Assembly (NCBI GenBank): GCA_031367385.1 | Contig: JANLPS010000242.1 | Location: 1-21,098, forward strand | Reading direction: 5' to 3' | DNA: 21,098 nt | Source of the DNA: Archangium sp. | GTDB lineage: Bacteria > Myxococcota > Myxococcia > Myxococcales > Myxococcaceae | Shown: piece by piece, positions 1 through 7,758 of the stretch | Layout of the letters: every line of letters begins with the position of its first letter | How positions within the stretch are numbered: position 1 is the first letter of the stretch | Translations under genes and position numbers: made by a program | Notes under the pieces: model-generated | The model's database searches: none | Seen by the model: only the letters and a program-made list of their open reading frames with translations | Told to the model about the DNA's origin: nothing

Positions 1-1871
1 CCGGCCGGCACGTCGAGCACGAAGTACGTGCTCGAGCTATCGGCCCCAGAGATGCCGGTGACCGGCACGCCGTTGTTGAGCACGACGTCGCCGCCGCCGC
101 CACCGCCGGTGCCCCCACCTGAACCACCGCCGGTGCCGCCACCTGAACCGCCGCCGCTGCCGCCGCCAGTGCCGCCACCTGAACCGCCGCCGGTGCCGCC
201 GCCGGTGCCGCCGTCAGTGGTCGAACCGCCGCCACCACCCGAGCCGCCGCCGCTGCCGCCGCCCGCGCCACCACCAGTGCCACCGTCGCCGGTGCCTGGG
301 TCAGTGACGGGCTGGCCAACGCCGACGGCCGCCCATGCATTGGCAATCGCGGCTGCATCGCCAGCGCCGTACAAGTCGGTCGCGGCCTGAACCATCGCGG
401 TGCGAGCCTGCGCAAACGACGTGGTCGCGGTCATGTACTTGGTCAACGCGCGGTACCAAACCTGAGCGGTTTTTTCGATGCCGAGCCCACGAACCACGTT
501 GGTGGTTCGGTTGCGGGGGTGCTTGCCGCCGATGGTCGCCATGTAGAACGCCAGGTTGCCGATGCCCGAGCTGCCGTGCACTTCGGTCTGCTTCGGGTAG
601 TCAGCGTAGGTATCGACCGAGTAGTTGTCTTTGACCGGGTCGTTCATGTACCGGAGCGCATCGTTCGGGGTGCCCGGAGTCCAGATGTCTTCGCCGACCA
701 TCCAGGTGTTCGCCGAGATGGCGCCGTCGCGGTGCTCCTCGGCGATGTTGCCGAACACGTCAGACATCGACTCGTTGAGGCCGCCCGATTCGCCCGAGTA
801 GTTCAGCCCGGCGGTGCGCTCGGTGACCGCGTGGGTCAATTCGTGCGCCGTCACGTCCATCGAGTTGGCCAGATTGCTGGCCTGCACGTTGTCGCCATCG
901 CCGTACACCATCTGGGTGCCGTTCCAATACGCGTTGACGTACTTCGTCTGGTAGTGAACCGAGCTGATCAGCGTGGCGCCGGCGTTGTCGAACGAGTCGC
1001 GGTTGAAGAGGTCTTTGTACGCCTTGTAGGTGTCGCCCAGGCGGTCGTAGTTGGTGTTGACCACCGCGTCTGAGACCGACGCCTGGCCTTCGCTGCGAAC
1101 GAGCGTGCCGGGAATGGTCGACTTGTTGTTCGCCGTGTACACCTTGCGGCTAATCGCAGTGTGAATCTGGGGGTACCGCGCGAGCAGCGAGCCCGTGCGC
1201 GCGTTCACGTACACGAGGTCGCGAACCGGCAGGTCACCTTTGAAGCCGGTGACTTGGGTCTCGTACGCCAGCGACATCGTGCCGGTGTCGTTGATGAAGT
1301 ACACGAGGCTCGCCGTGCCGGCCGAGAGGCTCGAGACACCGAGCGTGGCCGAGAGGGCCTTGCTCGAAGCCTGCGCCGCGTCGAACGCGGGAGTCGAGGT
1401 CAGCGAGACGCCGTCGCGGGCGCTGCCGTGGGCGGCGTAGATCACGCCGTCGCTGTTGACGTGCACCGCGAGCTGCCCGTTGACGACCTTGAGGCCGTTC
1501 TTCACCTGGGCAAACTTCAGGTGGCGAAACCCGAGCTCGTCTGATTCAGCCGAGGTCTGGGTCAGGTTCTTGGGGTCGAGGCGAAACACGGGCGCGATCA
1601 TCGCCAAGCTGGCCGCGAAGTCGGGCGAGGTGCTCGACAGCTGACCGACCGCGGTGTCGACCTTGCCCAGGTCGCCGCGAATGAACGAAGGCACTCCGGC
1701 GGCCGAGACGCTCAACACTTCGGCCTTCGGGAGCGTGCTCAACGCGCTCTGCACATCGTCGCTCTTCACCGCGTCTTCGCTGTCGCTGGTGGGCGAATCA
1801 GTGAAGGCTTCGTTTTGCGAACAGCCGACAAATGCGAGGGCGCCTACCAGGACGAGCCACTTACGATTCAT
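1..1871 (-). CDS. M4 family (thermolysin/vibriolysin-like) zinc metalloprotease lipoprotein, copy 1; runs off the left edge of the window inside the first PPC domain
   Basis: Missing from the ORF track because there is no stop in the window. Manual translation from ATG 1871 (GAGG RBS upstream): MNRKWLVLVGALAFVGCSQNEAF (lipobox FVGC), VTAHELTHA (HEXXH), GGLNESMSD (third Zn ligand), EVHGSSG, a Gly-rich linker, then TGISGADSSSTYFVLDVPA at the edge. Colinear with the paralog at 2186..4537. Confidence 0.95.
   Translation of the reverse strand, partial: MNRKWLVLVGALAFVGCSQNEAFTDSPTSDSEDAVKSDDVQSALSTLPKAEVLSVSAAGVPSFIRGDLGKVDTAVGQLSSTSPDFAASLAMIAPVFRLDPKNLTQTSAESDELGFRHLKFAQVKNGLKVVNGQLAVHVNSDGVIYAAHGSARDGVSLTSTPAFDAAQASSKALSATLGVSSLSAGTASLVYFINDTGTMSLAYETQVTGFKGDLPVRDLVYVNARTGSLLARYPQIHTAISRKVYTANNKSTIPGTLVRSEGQASVSDAVVNTNYDRLGDTYKAYKDLFNRDSFDNAGATLISSVHYQTKYVNAYWNGTQMVYGDGDNVQASNLANSMDVTAHELTHAVTERTAGLNYSGESGGLNESMSDVFGNIAEEHRDGAISANTWMVGEDIWTPGTPNDALRYMNDPVKDNYSVDTYADYPKQTEVHGSSGIGNLAFYMATIGGKHPRNRTTNVVRGLGIEKTAQVWYRALTKYMTATTSFAQARTAMVQAATDLYGAGDAAAIANAWAAVGVGQPVTDPGTGDGGTGGGAGGGSGGGSGGGGGSTTDGGTGGGTGGGSGGGTGGGSGGGSGGGTGGGSGGGTGGGGGGDVVLNNGVPVTGISGADSSSTYFVLDVPA
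90..297 (-). repeat. Coding 12-bp-unit repeat, (GGG[T/S])n Gly-rich linker between catalytic and PPC domains of protease copy 1
   Basis: Repeated gccgccggtgcc / ccgccacctgaa units; translates to GDGGTGGGAGGGSGGGSGGGGGSTTDGGTGGGTGGGSGGGT... Confidence 0.9.
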
Positions 1872-1936
1872 GCGATTGCCTCAGTTTTTTTGACGACGGG
1901 CGAAAATTCGACAGCACTTAGCGGTCGAGCCGTTCA

Positions 1937-1951
1937 TCAAGATCCGAGCCA
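1937..1951 (-). promoter_or_regulatory. Putative sigma54 (-24/-12) promoter of protease copy 1
   Basis: Minus strand reads TGGC-TCGGATC-TTGA, matching TGGC-N7-TTGC spacing with one mismatch at -12. The same motif is at the equivalent position upstream of copy 2. Confidence 0.65.
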
Positions 1952-1998
1952 GCGCACTGCGTTAATCAATTCAAAGACTTGCTGTCATGCCGTTCGCT

Positions 1999-2085
1999 GA
2001 TCTGAATTCGATCAGGAGGATAACCAGCGACATGTAGGCCTTTTCGACCAAATTCTAGACACAAAAAACGCCAACTTCTTTGACA
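1999..2085. promoter_or_regulatory. Conserved upstream boxes (candidate enhancer/activator sites) for protease copy 1
   Basis: GATCTGA (1999), GACATGT (2029), TTCGACCaAATTCtAGACA (2043) and TTGACA (2080) recur with identical 30/14/37 bp offsets upstream of copy 2. Confidence 0.6.
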
Positions 2086-2134
2086 AAAAAAGAGGGTCAC
2101 CGAACCGCCTTTTCGGGCGACCTGGTGACCCTCT
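2085..2134 (-). terminator. Rho-independent terminator of protease copy 2
   Basis: Perfect 11-bp stem AGAGGGTCACC (2091-2101) / GGTGACCCTCT (2124-2134) with an inner GC hairpin, followed on the minus strand by a T-run (A7 at 2085-2091), about 50 bp after the stop at 2186. Confidence 0.88.
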
Positions 2135-2185
2135 AAACCCTTATTCTTACTTCTTAAGAGACGCTGCCGTTACCTTGGGAGCGGA

Positions 2186-4537
2186 TCAGTACGCGCCCTT
2201 GAGGGTGACATTCGTGAACGCCGTGTAGCCCTTCACGTTGATGAAGTAGTCGCCGCTCGGAGCCGTGAAAGTGCAGCTCTCAGCGTTGCCCGATTTGTAC
2301 GGCCGGCAGTCGTAGGTGGTGTCGGTCGGAGCCGAGCCCTTGCGAACGTAGAGGTCGGCGTCGCCGGTACCTCCGCTGATCGCGATGGTGAGCGTGCCCG
2401 AGCCAGACGGCACGGTGATCTTGTAGGCGGCGACGGACTTGGATGCTCCGGCGATGCCGGTCACGGGCGTGCCGTTGGTGAGCACGATGGGGCCAGTGGT
2501 GGTGGTCGCGTACTTACCGACCAGCGAGACACCCGTGTACGCCGAGAAGCCTTGAATCAGCACGTACCAGGTGCCCGCGGTGGGGTTGGCGAACGTGCAG
2601 CTCTCGGCGTTGCCCGCCTTGTACGGCCGGCAGGTGTACGAGGTCGTCGTCGGCTTGGTGCCCTGCTTGACGTAGAGGTCAGCGTCGCCCGTGCCACCCG
2701 ACATGGTGAACGAGAGGCTGGTCTGGCCCGCGGGCACGTCGAGGCTCAAGTACTTGAGCGAGCTGTCAGCGCCCGAGAGGCCCGTCGCCGGCGTGTTGTT
2801 GGTCAAAACGATGTCGCCGCCGCTGCCGCCACCCGTGCCGCCACCCGTGCCGCCACCCGTGCCGCCGCCCGTGCCGCCGCCTGAACCGCCGCCGGTGCCG
2901 CCGCCTGAACCGCCGCCGGTGCCGCCGCCTGAACCGCCGCCCGTGCCGCCGTCGCCTGAGCCCGGGTCAGTGACCGGCGAGCCAACGCCGACCGCCGCCC
3001 ACGCGTTGGCAATCGCCGCCGCATCACCTGCGCCGTACAAGTCAGTCGCTGCCTGAACCATCGCAACGCGCGCCGCGGCAAAGTTGGTGCTGGGTTGCAT
3101 GTACACAGTCAGCGCCCGGTACCAAACCTGTCGGGTCTTCTCGATGCCGAGGCCGCGAACGATGTTGGTGGTGCGGTTGCGAGGGTGCTTGCCGCCGATG
3201 GTCGCCATGTAGAACGCGAGGTTGCCGATGCCCGAGCTGCCGTGAACTTCAGTCTGCTGCGGGTAGTCGGCGTAGGTGTCGACCGAGTAATTGTCTTTCA
3301 CCGGGTCGTTCATGTAGCGCAGCGCATCGTTCGGAGTCGCCGGCGTCCAGATGTCTTCGCCGACCATCCAGGTGTTCGCCGAGATGACGCCGTCGCGGTA
3401 CTCCTCGGCGACGTTGCCGAAGACGTCAGACATCGACTCGTTGAGGCCACCCGACTCGCCCGAGTAGGTCAGGCCAGCGGTGCGCTCGGTGACTGCGTGA
3501 GTCAACTCATGCGCCGTCACGTCCAACGAGTTGGCGAGGTTGCTGGCATCGACGCCATTTCCGTCGCCGTAGACCATCTGGGTGCCGTCCCAGTAGGCGT
3601 TCACGTATTGCACGTCGTAGTGCACGGTGGCGATCAAGGTCGCTCCCGCGTTGTCGAACGAGTCGCGGTTGAAGAGGTCCTTGTACGCTTTGTAGGTAGC
3701 ACCCAAGCGGTCGTAGTTGTTGTTGACGACCGCGTCAGAAACCGGCGCCTGGCCTTCGCTGCGCACCAGGGTGCCCGGAGTCACCGTCTTGTTGTTCGCG
3801 GTGTACTCCTTGCGGTTGAGGGCGGTGTGAATCTGCGGCTGGCGATCGAGCAACACGCCGGTGCGCGCGTTCACGTACACCAGGTCGCGAACGGGCAGCA
3901 TCCCCTTGAAGCCGGTGACCTTGGTCTCCCAGGCGAGTGACATCGTGCCGTACGAATCGATGAAGTAGACGAGCTGGGCCTTCGACGCCGCGAGGCCCGA
4001 AACGCCCGTGCTGGTTGAGGTTGCTTTGGCCTCGGCCGCGTTCGCGTCGAGCGCGGGCAACGAGGTGAGCGAGACGCCGTCACGGGCATTGCCGTGCGCC
4101 GCGTAGATCACGCCGTCGCTGTTGACGTGAATCGAGAGGTCGCCGCCGACCACGCGCAGACCGTTCTTGGTCTGCACGAACTTGAGGTGCCGCGAGCCGA
4201 GCTGGTCGCTGGTCGAGCTGGTCTGTTGCAGCTGGGCCGGGTCGAGGCGAAAGACCGGAGCGATCATCGCAAGGCCGGCCGCGAAGTCAGGCGAGGAGGC
4301 CGAGAGCTGGTTCACCGCGGTGTCGACCTTGCCCAGATTGCCCCGAATGAACGTCGGCGTGCCGCCACGGGCCACGGCCAACACTTCAGCTTGCGGGAGC
4401 GCGCTCAACGCATTCTGCACGTCGTCGCTCTTGACGCTGTCTTCGCTGGTGCTGTCTGGCGACTGAACGAAGGCCTCGTTTGACGAGCAACCTACGAACG
4501 CGAGCGCACCTACAACGGATAGCCACTTACGATTCAT
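2186..4537 (-). CDS. M4 family zinc metalloprotease lipoprotein, copy 2 (FTP/PepSY propeptide, catalytic domain, Gly linker, two PPC domains), 783 aa
   Basis: Start reassigned to ATG 4537 (GAGG RBS; MNRKWLSVVGALAFVGC lipobox, same N-terminus as copy 1). Motifs NAYWDG, AHELTH, GGLNESMSD, EVHGSSG, and two GGTGDADLYV..G..PT...Y.CRPY..GNAESC PPC repeats. Confidence 0.96.
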   Translation of the reverse strand: MNRKWLSVVGALAFVGCSSNEAFVQSPDSTSEDSVKSDDVQNALSALPQAEVLAVARGGTPTFIRGNLGKVDTAVNQLSASSPDFAAGLAMIAPVFRLDPAQLQQTSSTSDQLGSRHLKFVQTKNGLRVVGGDLSIHVNSDGVIYAAHGNARDGVSLTSLPALDANAAEAKATSTSTGVSGLAASKAQLVYFIDSYGTMSLAWETKVTGFKGMLPVRDLVYVNARTGVLLDRQPQIHTALNRKEYTANNKTVTPGTLVRSEGQAPVSDAVVNNNYDRLGATYKAYKDLFNRDSFDNAGATLIATVHYDVQYVNAYWDGTQMVYGDGNGVDASNLANSLDVTAHELTHAVTERTAGLTYSGESGGLNESMSDVFGNVAEEYRDGVISANTWMVGEDIWTPATPNDALRYMNDPVKDNYSVDTYADYPQQTEVHGSSGIGNLAFYMATIGGKHPRNRTTNIVRGLGIEKTRQVWYRALTVYMQPSTNFAAARVAMVQAATDLYGAGDAAAIANAWAAVGVGSPVTDPGSGDGGTGGGSGGGTGGGSGGGTGGGSGGGTGGGTGGGTGGGTGGGSGGDIVLTNNTPATGLSGADSSLKYLSLDVPAGQTSLSFTMSGGTGDADLYVKQGTKPTTTSYTCRPYKAGNAESCTFANPTAGTWYVLIQGFSAYTGVSLVGKYATTTTGPIVLTNGTPVTGIAGASKSVAAYKITVPSGSGTLTIAISGGTGDADLYVRKGSAPTDTTYDCRPYKSGNAESCTFTAPSGDYFINVKGYTAFTNVTLKGAY
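2815..2962 (-). repeat. Coding (GGG[T/S])n Gly-rich linker repeat of protease copy 2
   Basis: Tandem 12/24-bp units (ccgccgcctgaaccgccgccggtg; gccgccacccgt). Confidence 0.9.
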
Positions 4538-4605
4538 CGTGTCTGCCTCTGGGTTTGGTGAAGCCTTGGGTCGAAACCGGCGATTCAACGGTCGCGCCCC
4601 CTTCA

Positions 4606-4620
4606 TCAAGAACCAGGCCA
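4606..4620 (-). promoter_or_regulatory. Putative sigma54 (-24/-12) promoter of protease copy 2
   Basis: Minus strand reads TGGC-CTGGTTC-TTGA(TGAA); same architecture as 1937-1951. Confidence 0.65.
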
Positions 4621-4666
4621 CCAGAGACTGTTTGTCGTTTCGAGCGCTTAGCGCCCGAAAACCCGC

Positions 4667-4753
4667 GATCTGACTCGAACCCGGCGCCCCCCACCGGACA
4701 TGTCGGGGGATTCGACCCAATTCAAGACATACAAATAGTTAAATCACTTGACA
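4667..4753. promoter_or_regulatory. Conserved upstream boxes (candidate enhancer/activator sites) for protease copy 2
   Basis: GATCTGA (4667), GACATGT (4697), TTCGACCcAATTCaAGACA (4711), TTGACA (4748); spacing identical to copy 1. Confidence 0.6.
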
Positions 4754-4782
4754 TGTATGGGTTGGCCCTACCGGTAGGCAAT

Positions 4783-7704
4783 TTACTTCACGGTGCCGAG
4801 GTTCACGAAGGCCTCGTCGACCATCACGATGAAAGGGCGCTCTTCGAAGCGCAAAGTGCCCTTGCCGTCGTGCTCGACGATCTCCAACTTGCCCATGCCG
4901 TAGCCCATCGGCCCGCGCGAGTAGTAGTGGGCCTGGAGTGTGTACGGCCCAGCGGTTTTGCCCCGAATCGTGAAGCACTCGGGCCCGTAGCCGGTGGTGA
5001 CATCGGCGTACAGGTCGCCTCCTGTGCGCAAATGTGGGCTGCTGTAGAATGCGTGGCCACCGTGTGCGTCGAAGATGTGAAAATCGACGTCATTGGCGTC
5101 GGTTTCCCAATTCAAGACAAACCGAATCGACGGTGAATTTTCTGTACTGCCATTGGCCAATTTCAACTTCTTTTCGATGTCTGCTTTGCGGTCAGGCTGT
5201 GCTTTGCCCCACGCCGCGGCGGCGAGCCCGAGGTCTTCACCCAGAATGCGCTCGATGCCCGCAAATCGGCCCGACGGGTACGAGCGCGCTCGGGCGGTGG
5301 CGAGCACCTCGAAGGCCTGTTCGGGCTTGCCTTGTTTGAGCAACGCATACGCCAAAAGCCTGGCGCTCTGCGGGTGATCGGGGCGTTGCTCGAGGGCGTG
5401 GCGGTAGCTGTCGGTGGCCAGCGCGAGGCCCTCGGCGAGGCGCTCGAGGCGCACTCCGGCGAAGCGGCGAAGGTCGGCCCGGGCGGGGAAGAGATCGATG
5501 ATCGACCCATAGGCCCGTGCCGCGCGCTCGAGGTCTTTCGCGGCCTCGGCGGCCTCGCCAATCGCCACCAACGCCAACACGTCGCCAGCGGCCTCTTCTC
5601 GCCACCCCAGGGCCTTGTTCATCGCCTCGGCGTTCTTGTGGGCACTCAGCAGGGCCATCACCTCTTTGAAGGGCCCGGTGTACGGCGGAGGGCCCTGCTG
5701 CGGCTTGCCCCCGCTGCTGCCGCCACCACCTTCAGACTCAGCCCGTTCGTCGAGCTGCTCGGCCTGTGGGCGTGCAGCGTCGCGGGAGCGGGGCGCGGCG
5801 CCGGTGGATGACGGCGAACCCGCGCTGGGCCTCGGAGGGGGCGGCGCCGAGGCCACCGAGCTGGGCGACGCGGGCGGGGCGCTCACCGGAGCCTCGCTGG
5901 GTGCGGGTGCCGCTCCGGGCGCCGGAGCACCGTCATCTGTGGCTTCTTCTTTCGCCTCTTTCATCGGCTCGGCGAATGCTTCGTTGCCAGCGGCCGATCT
6001 GCTCGGGGCCGCCTTCTTGGCCTTCTCAACAGGCTGGGGCACCGGCGCCTTCACCATCGGCGGACCAGCGGGGAGCGCCTCGCGGTGCATCGCCACCACC
6101 CGCCCCTTCTCGATGCCGAGGATGTCGGCGAGGGCCTTTCGGTCGATGCCGAAGCGGGCGTAGTCAGCCTCGGTCTCGAGCACCAGGAGCGCCGTGTATT
6201 GCGAGAGCACCCGGTATTTCACCGAGAGCGCGGTGATCTCGGCCTTGAAGCGAGCCTTGTCTTTGTCACCGTCGGCCTTTCGGTTGAGGTCATCGGTCAT
6301 CGCTTCGATCTTCGCCTGCGCCACCGAGCGCTCGAGCATCGCCACGCTGACCTCGCCCAGGCCGCTGGTGTCGATGGCCGCTCCAGCGACCTTGACGCTG
6401 ACCGGTTTGCCTTTGGGGAGCTCAGCGAAGATCAGCGCTTCGTCGCCGGCCTGCATCGCGCTCAGGGTCTTCGGCCACTGAAAGCTCGCCCCCTCGACGC
6501 TCACCGAAATCTTCGAGTGCGTCTGCAGCTGGAGGCGACGCACGATCTCCGCCTCGGTCGCGTCTCCATCGATGATCGCGCCGTCTTGCGGCAGCCCGGC
6601 GGTCACCAGCCGCTGCAGCAGGGCCTCGTCACGCAGGCCGCCGACCGCGATCGCGTCGAACCGGGCGACCCCAGCGGCCTTGAGCCCCTTCACCTTGGCG
6701 GCGAGCTCATCGGGCGCATCGAGGCCCGCGGTCACCACGCCGTCTCCCAGCAGCACGACACGGGGGCGCGATTGGGTCTGCGCGTAGGCGAGGGCCGCCT
6801 CGAGGTTCGACGCGCCGAGCGCCCGGCGGTCACGCAGCGCCTTGACCGCCGCCGCGTCGAAGCCCGAAGCGACGCCGTCGAAGAGTGGCTTCACGGTCTG
6901 GTCGAACGCGGCCACGGTCACTGGCGTGGTCGGCGGGAGCTTGCCGATCACCTTCTGCAGCAGCGCGACCTGACCCGCATACCCGAGCGCGCGGGAGGCA
7001 CTGGTGTCGAAGAGCACGAGCACTCCGCCGATGGGCTGCGAGGCGGCATCGCTGACCGGCTTGACGCGAAACACGGCGTAGTCACCCGTGCGCAAGCCCT
7101 TCGAACCGGCGCTCGACGCGGCCACGCTCACGTCGGCGGTCGGCACGTACGAGGCCTTGGTGAGCGTGACGGGGCTCGCGCCGCCAGTCACCGTGACCGA
7201 GAGCTTGGTGATCTGCGGCAACCCCTTGAGCGGCAACACGTATGACGACCCGCTGGCCACCAGCTGCTGCGAGTAGCTGATGATCAGCTCCTTCTTCGCG
7301 CGGGGGCCGATGGGAAACACGCGCGCCGAGAACTCGTTGGCCGCGCCCTGCTCGAGCAAGGCCGGGTCTTGCCGCCGGTGGAGGGCGTCTTCATACGCCC
7401 GCCGCGCTGCCTGCTTCTCGACCACTTCGCCCTCTTGCCATCGGGTGTCTTGCTTCATCGCGAAGCGGCTGACGACCGCGTGCTGCGGCAGCACGATTCG
7501 AAACTGGCCTTCGATCAGGCGGTCTTCGGGGTTTTGAAAGACCAGGTGCAGCTCGGTGAAGGCCAACGGGTCGGTGACCACTGCGTTGGCTTCGAGCTCG
7601 ACGAGTGAGAGGCCGGTGCCATCAGAAGCCGTGAGGCTCAACGGCACTTCGGCGTGAACGGCGAACGGGCTGAGCGCCAGCAACAACAAAGCACATGATT
7701 TCAT
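4783..7704 (-). CDS. Secreted VIT (vault inter-alpha-trypsin) - vWA - Pro/Ala linker - TPR - DUF2135/YfaP-like protein, 973 aa
   Basis: ATG 7704 with signal peptide MKSCALLLLALSPFAVHA. VIT motifs (F.NP..R.IEG.F...LP, GEVVEKQAARRAYE, DPALLE, F.ARVFPI); MIDAS DTSAS...LGDG; SQYTALLVLE; TPR-like helices; C-terminal WETDANDVDFHI...DVTTGYGPECF. Confidence 0.9.
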   Translation of the reverse strand: MKSCALLLLALSPFAVHAEVPLSLTASDGTGLSLVELEANAVVTDPLAFTELHLVFQNPEDRLIEGQFRIVLPQHAVVSRFAMKQDTRWQEGEVVEKQAARRAYEDALHRRQDPALLEQGAANEFSARVFPIGPRAKKELIISYSQQLVASGSSYVLPLKGLPQITKLSVTVTGGASPVTLTKASYVPTADVSVAASSAGSKGLRTGDYAVFRVKPVSDAASQPIGGVLVLFDTSASRALGYAGQVALLQKVIGKLPPTTPVTVAAFDQTVKPLFDGVASGFDAAAVKALRDRRALGASNLEAALAYAQTQSRPRVVLLGDGVVTAGLDAPDELAAKVKGLKAAGVARFDAIAVGGLRDEALLQRLVTAGLPQDGAIIDGDATEAEIVRRLQLQTHSKISVSVEGASFQWPKTLSAMQAGDEALIFAELPKGKPVSVKVAGAAIDTSGLGEVSVAMLERSVAQAKIEAMTDDLNRKADGDKDKARFKAEITALSVKYRVLSQYTALLVLETEADYARFGIDRKALADILGIEKGRVVAMHREALPAGPPMVKAPVPQPVEKAKKAAPSRSAAGNEAFAEPMKEAKEEATDDGAPAPGAAPAPSEAPVSAPPASPSSVASAPPPPRPSAGSPSSTGAAPRSRDAARPQAEQLDERAESEGGGGSSGGKPQQGPPPYTGPFKEVMALLSAHKNAEAMNKALGWREEAAGDVLALVAIGEAAEAAKDLERAARAYGSIIDLFPARADLRRFAGVRLERLAEGLALATDSYRHALEQRPDHPQSARLLAYALLKQGKPEQAFEVLATARARSYPSGRFAGIERILGEDLGLAAAAWGKAQPDRKADIEKKLKLANGSTENSPSIRFVLNWETDANDVDFHIFDAHGGHAFYSSPHLRTGGDLYADVTTGYGPECFTIRGKTAGPYTLQAHYYSRGPMGYGMGKLEIVEHDGKGTLRFEERPFIVMVDEAFVNLGTVK

Positions 7705-7758
7705 AGGGGAACCCTCGACACTTTCTTCACAGTGACTGTTCCTCCAAGGCACCGGAGG

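Noticed and set aside
28..390. Plus-strand Pro-rich ORFs (PPPVPPPE) at 28..390 and 2691..3056
   Set aside because: Antisense shadows of the Gly-rich linkers in the two M4 protease genes.
2080..2085. TTGACA (2080 and 4748) as sigma70 -35 boxes
   Set aside because: They are on the plus strand, pointing away from the protease genes, with no convincing -10 or downstream plus-strand gene. Treated as part of the GACA box set instead.
2085..2134. Riboswitch upstream of protease copy 1
   Set aside because: The hairpin lies upstream of the inferred copy 1 promoter, follows the copy 2 stop, has a T-tail, and shows no aptamer motif I recognise. A terminator explains it.
4538..4720. 61 aa N-terminal extension of protease copy 2 in the ORF track
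   Set aside because: It overlaps the conserved promoter boxes; the RBS, lipobox and paralogue all point to ATG 4537. The extensions to 7752, 11007 and 11392 were dropped for similar reasons.
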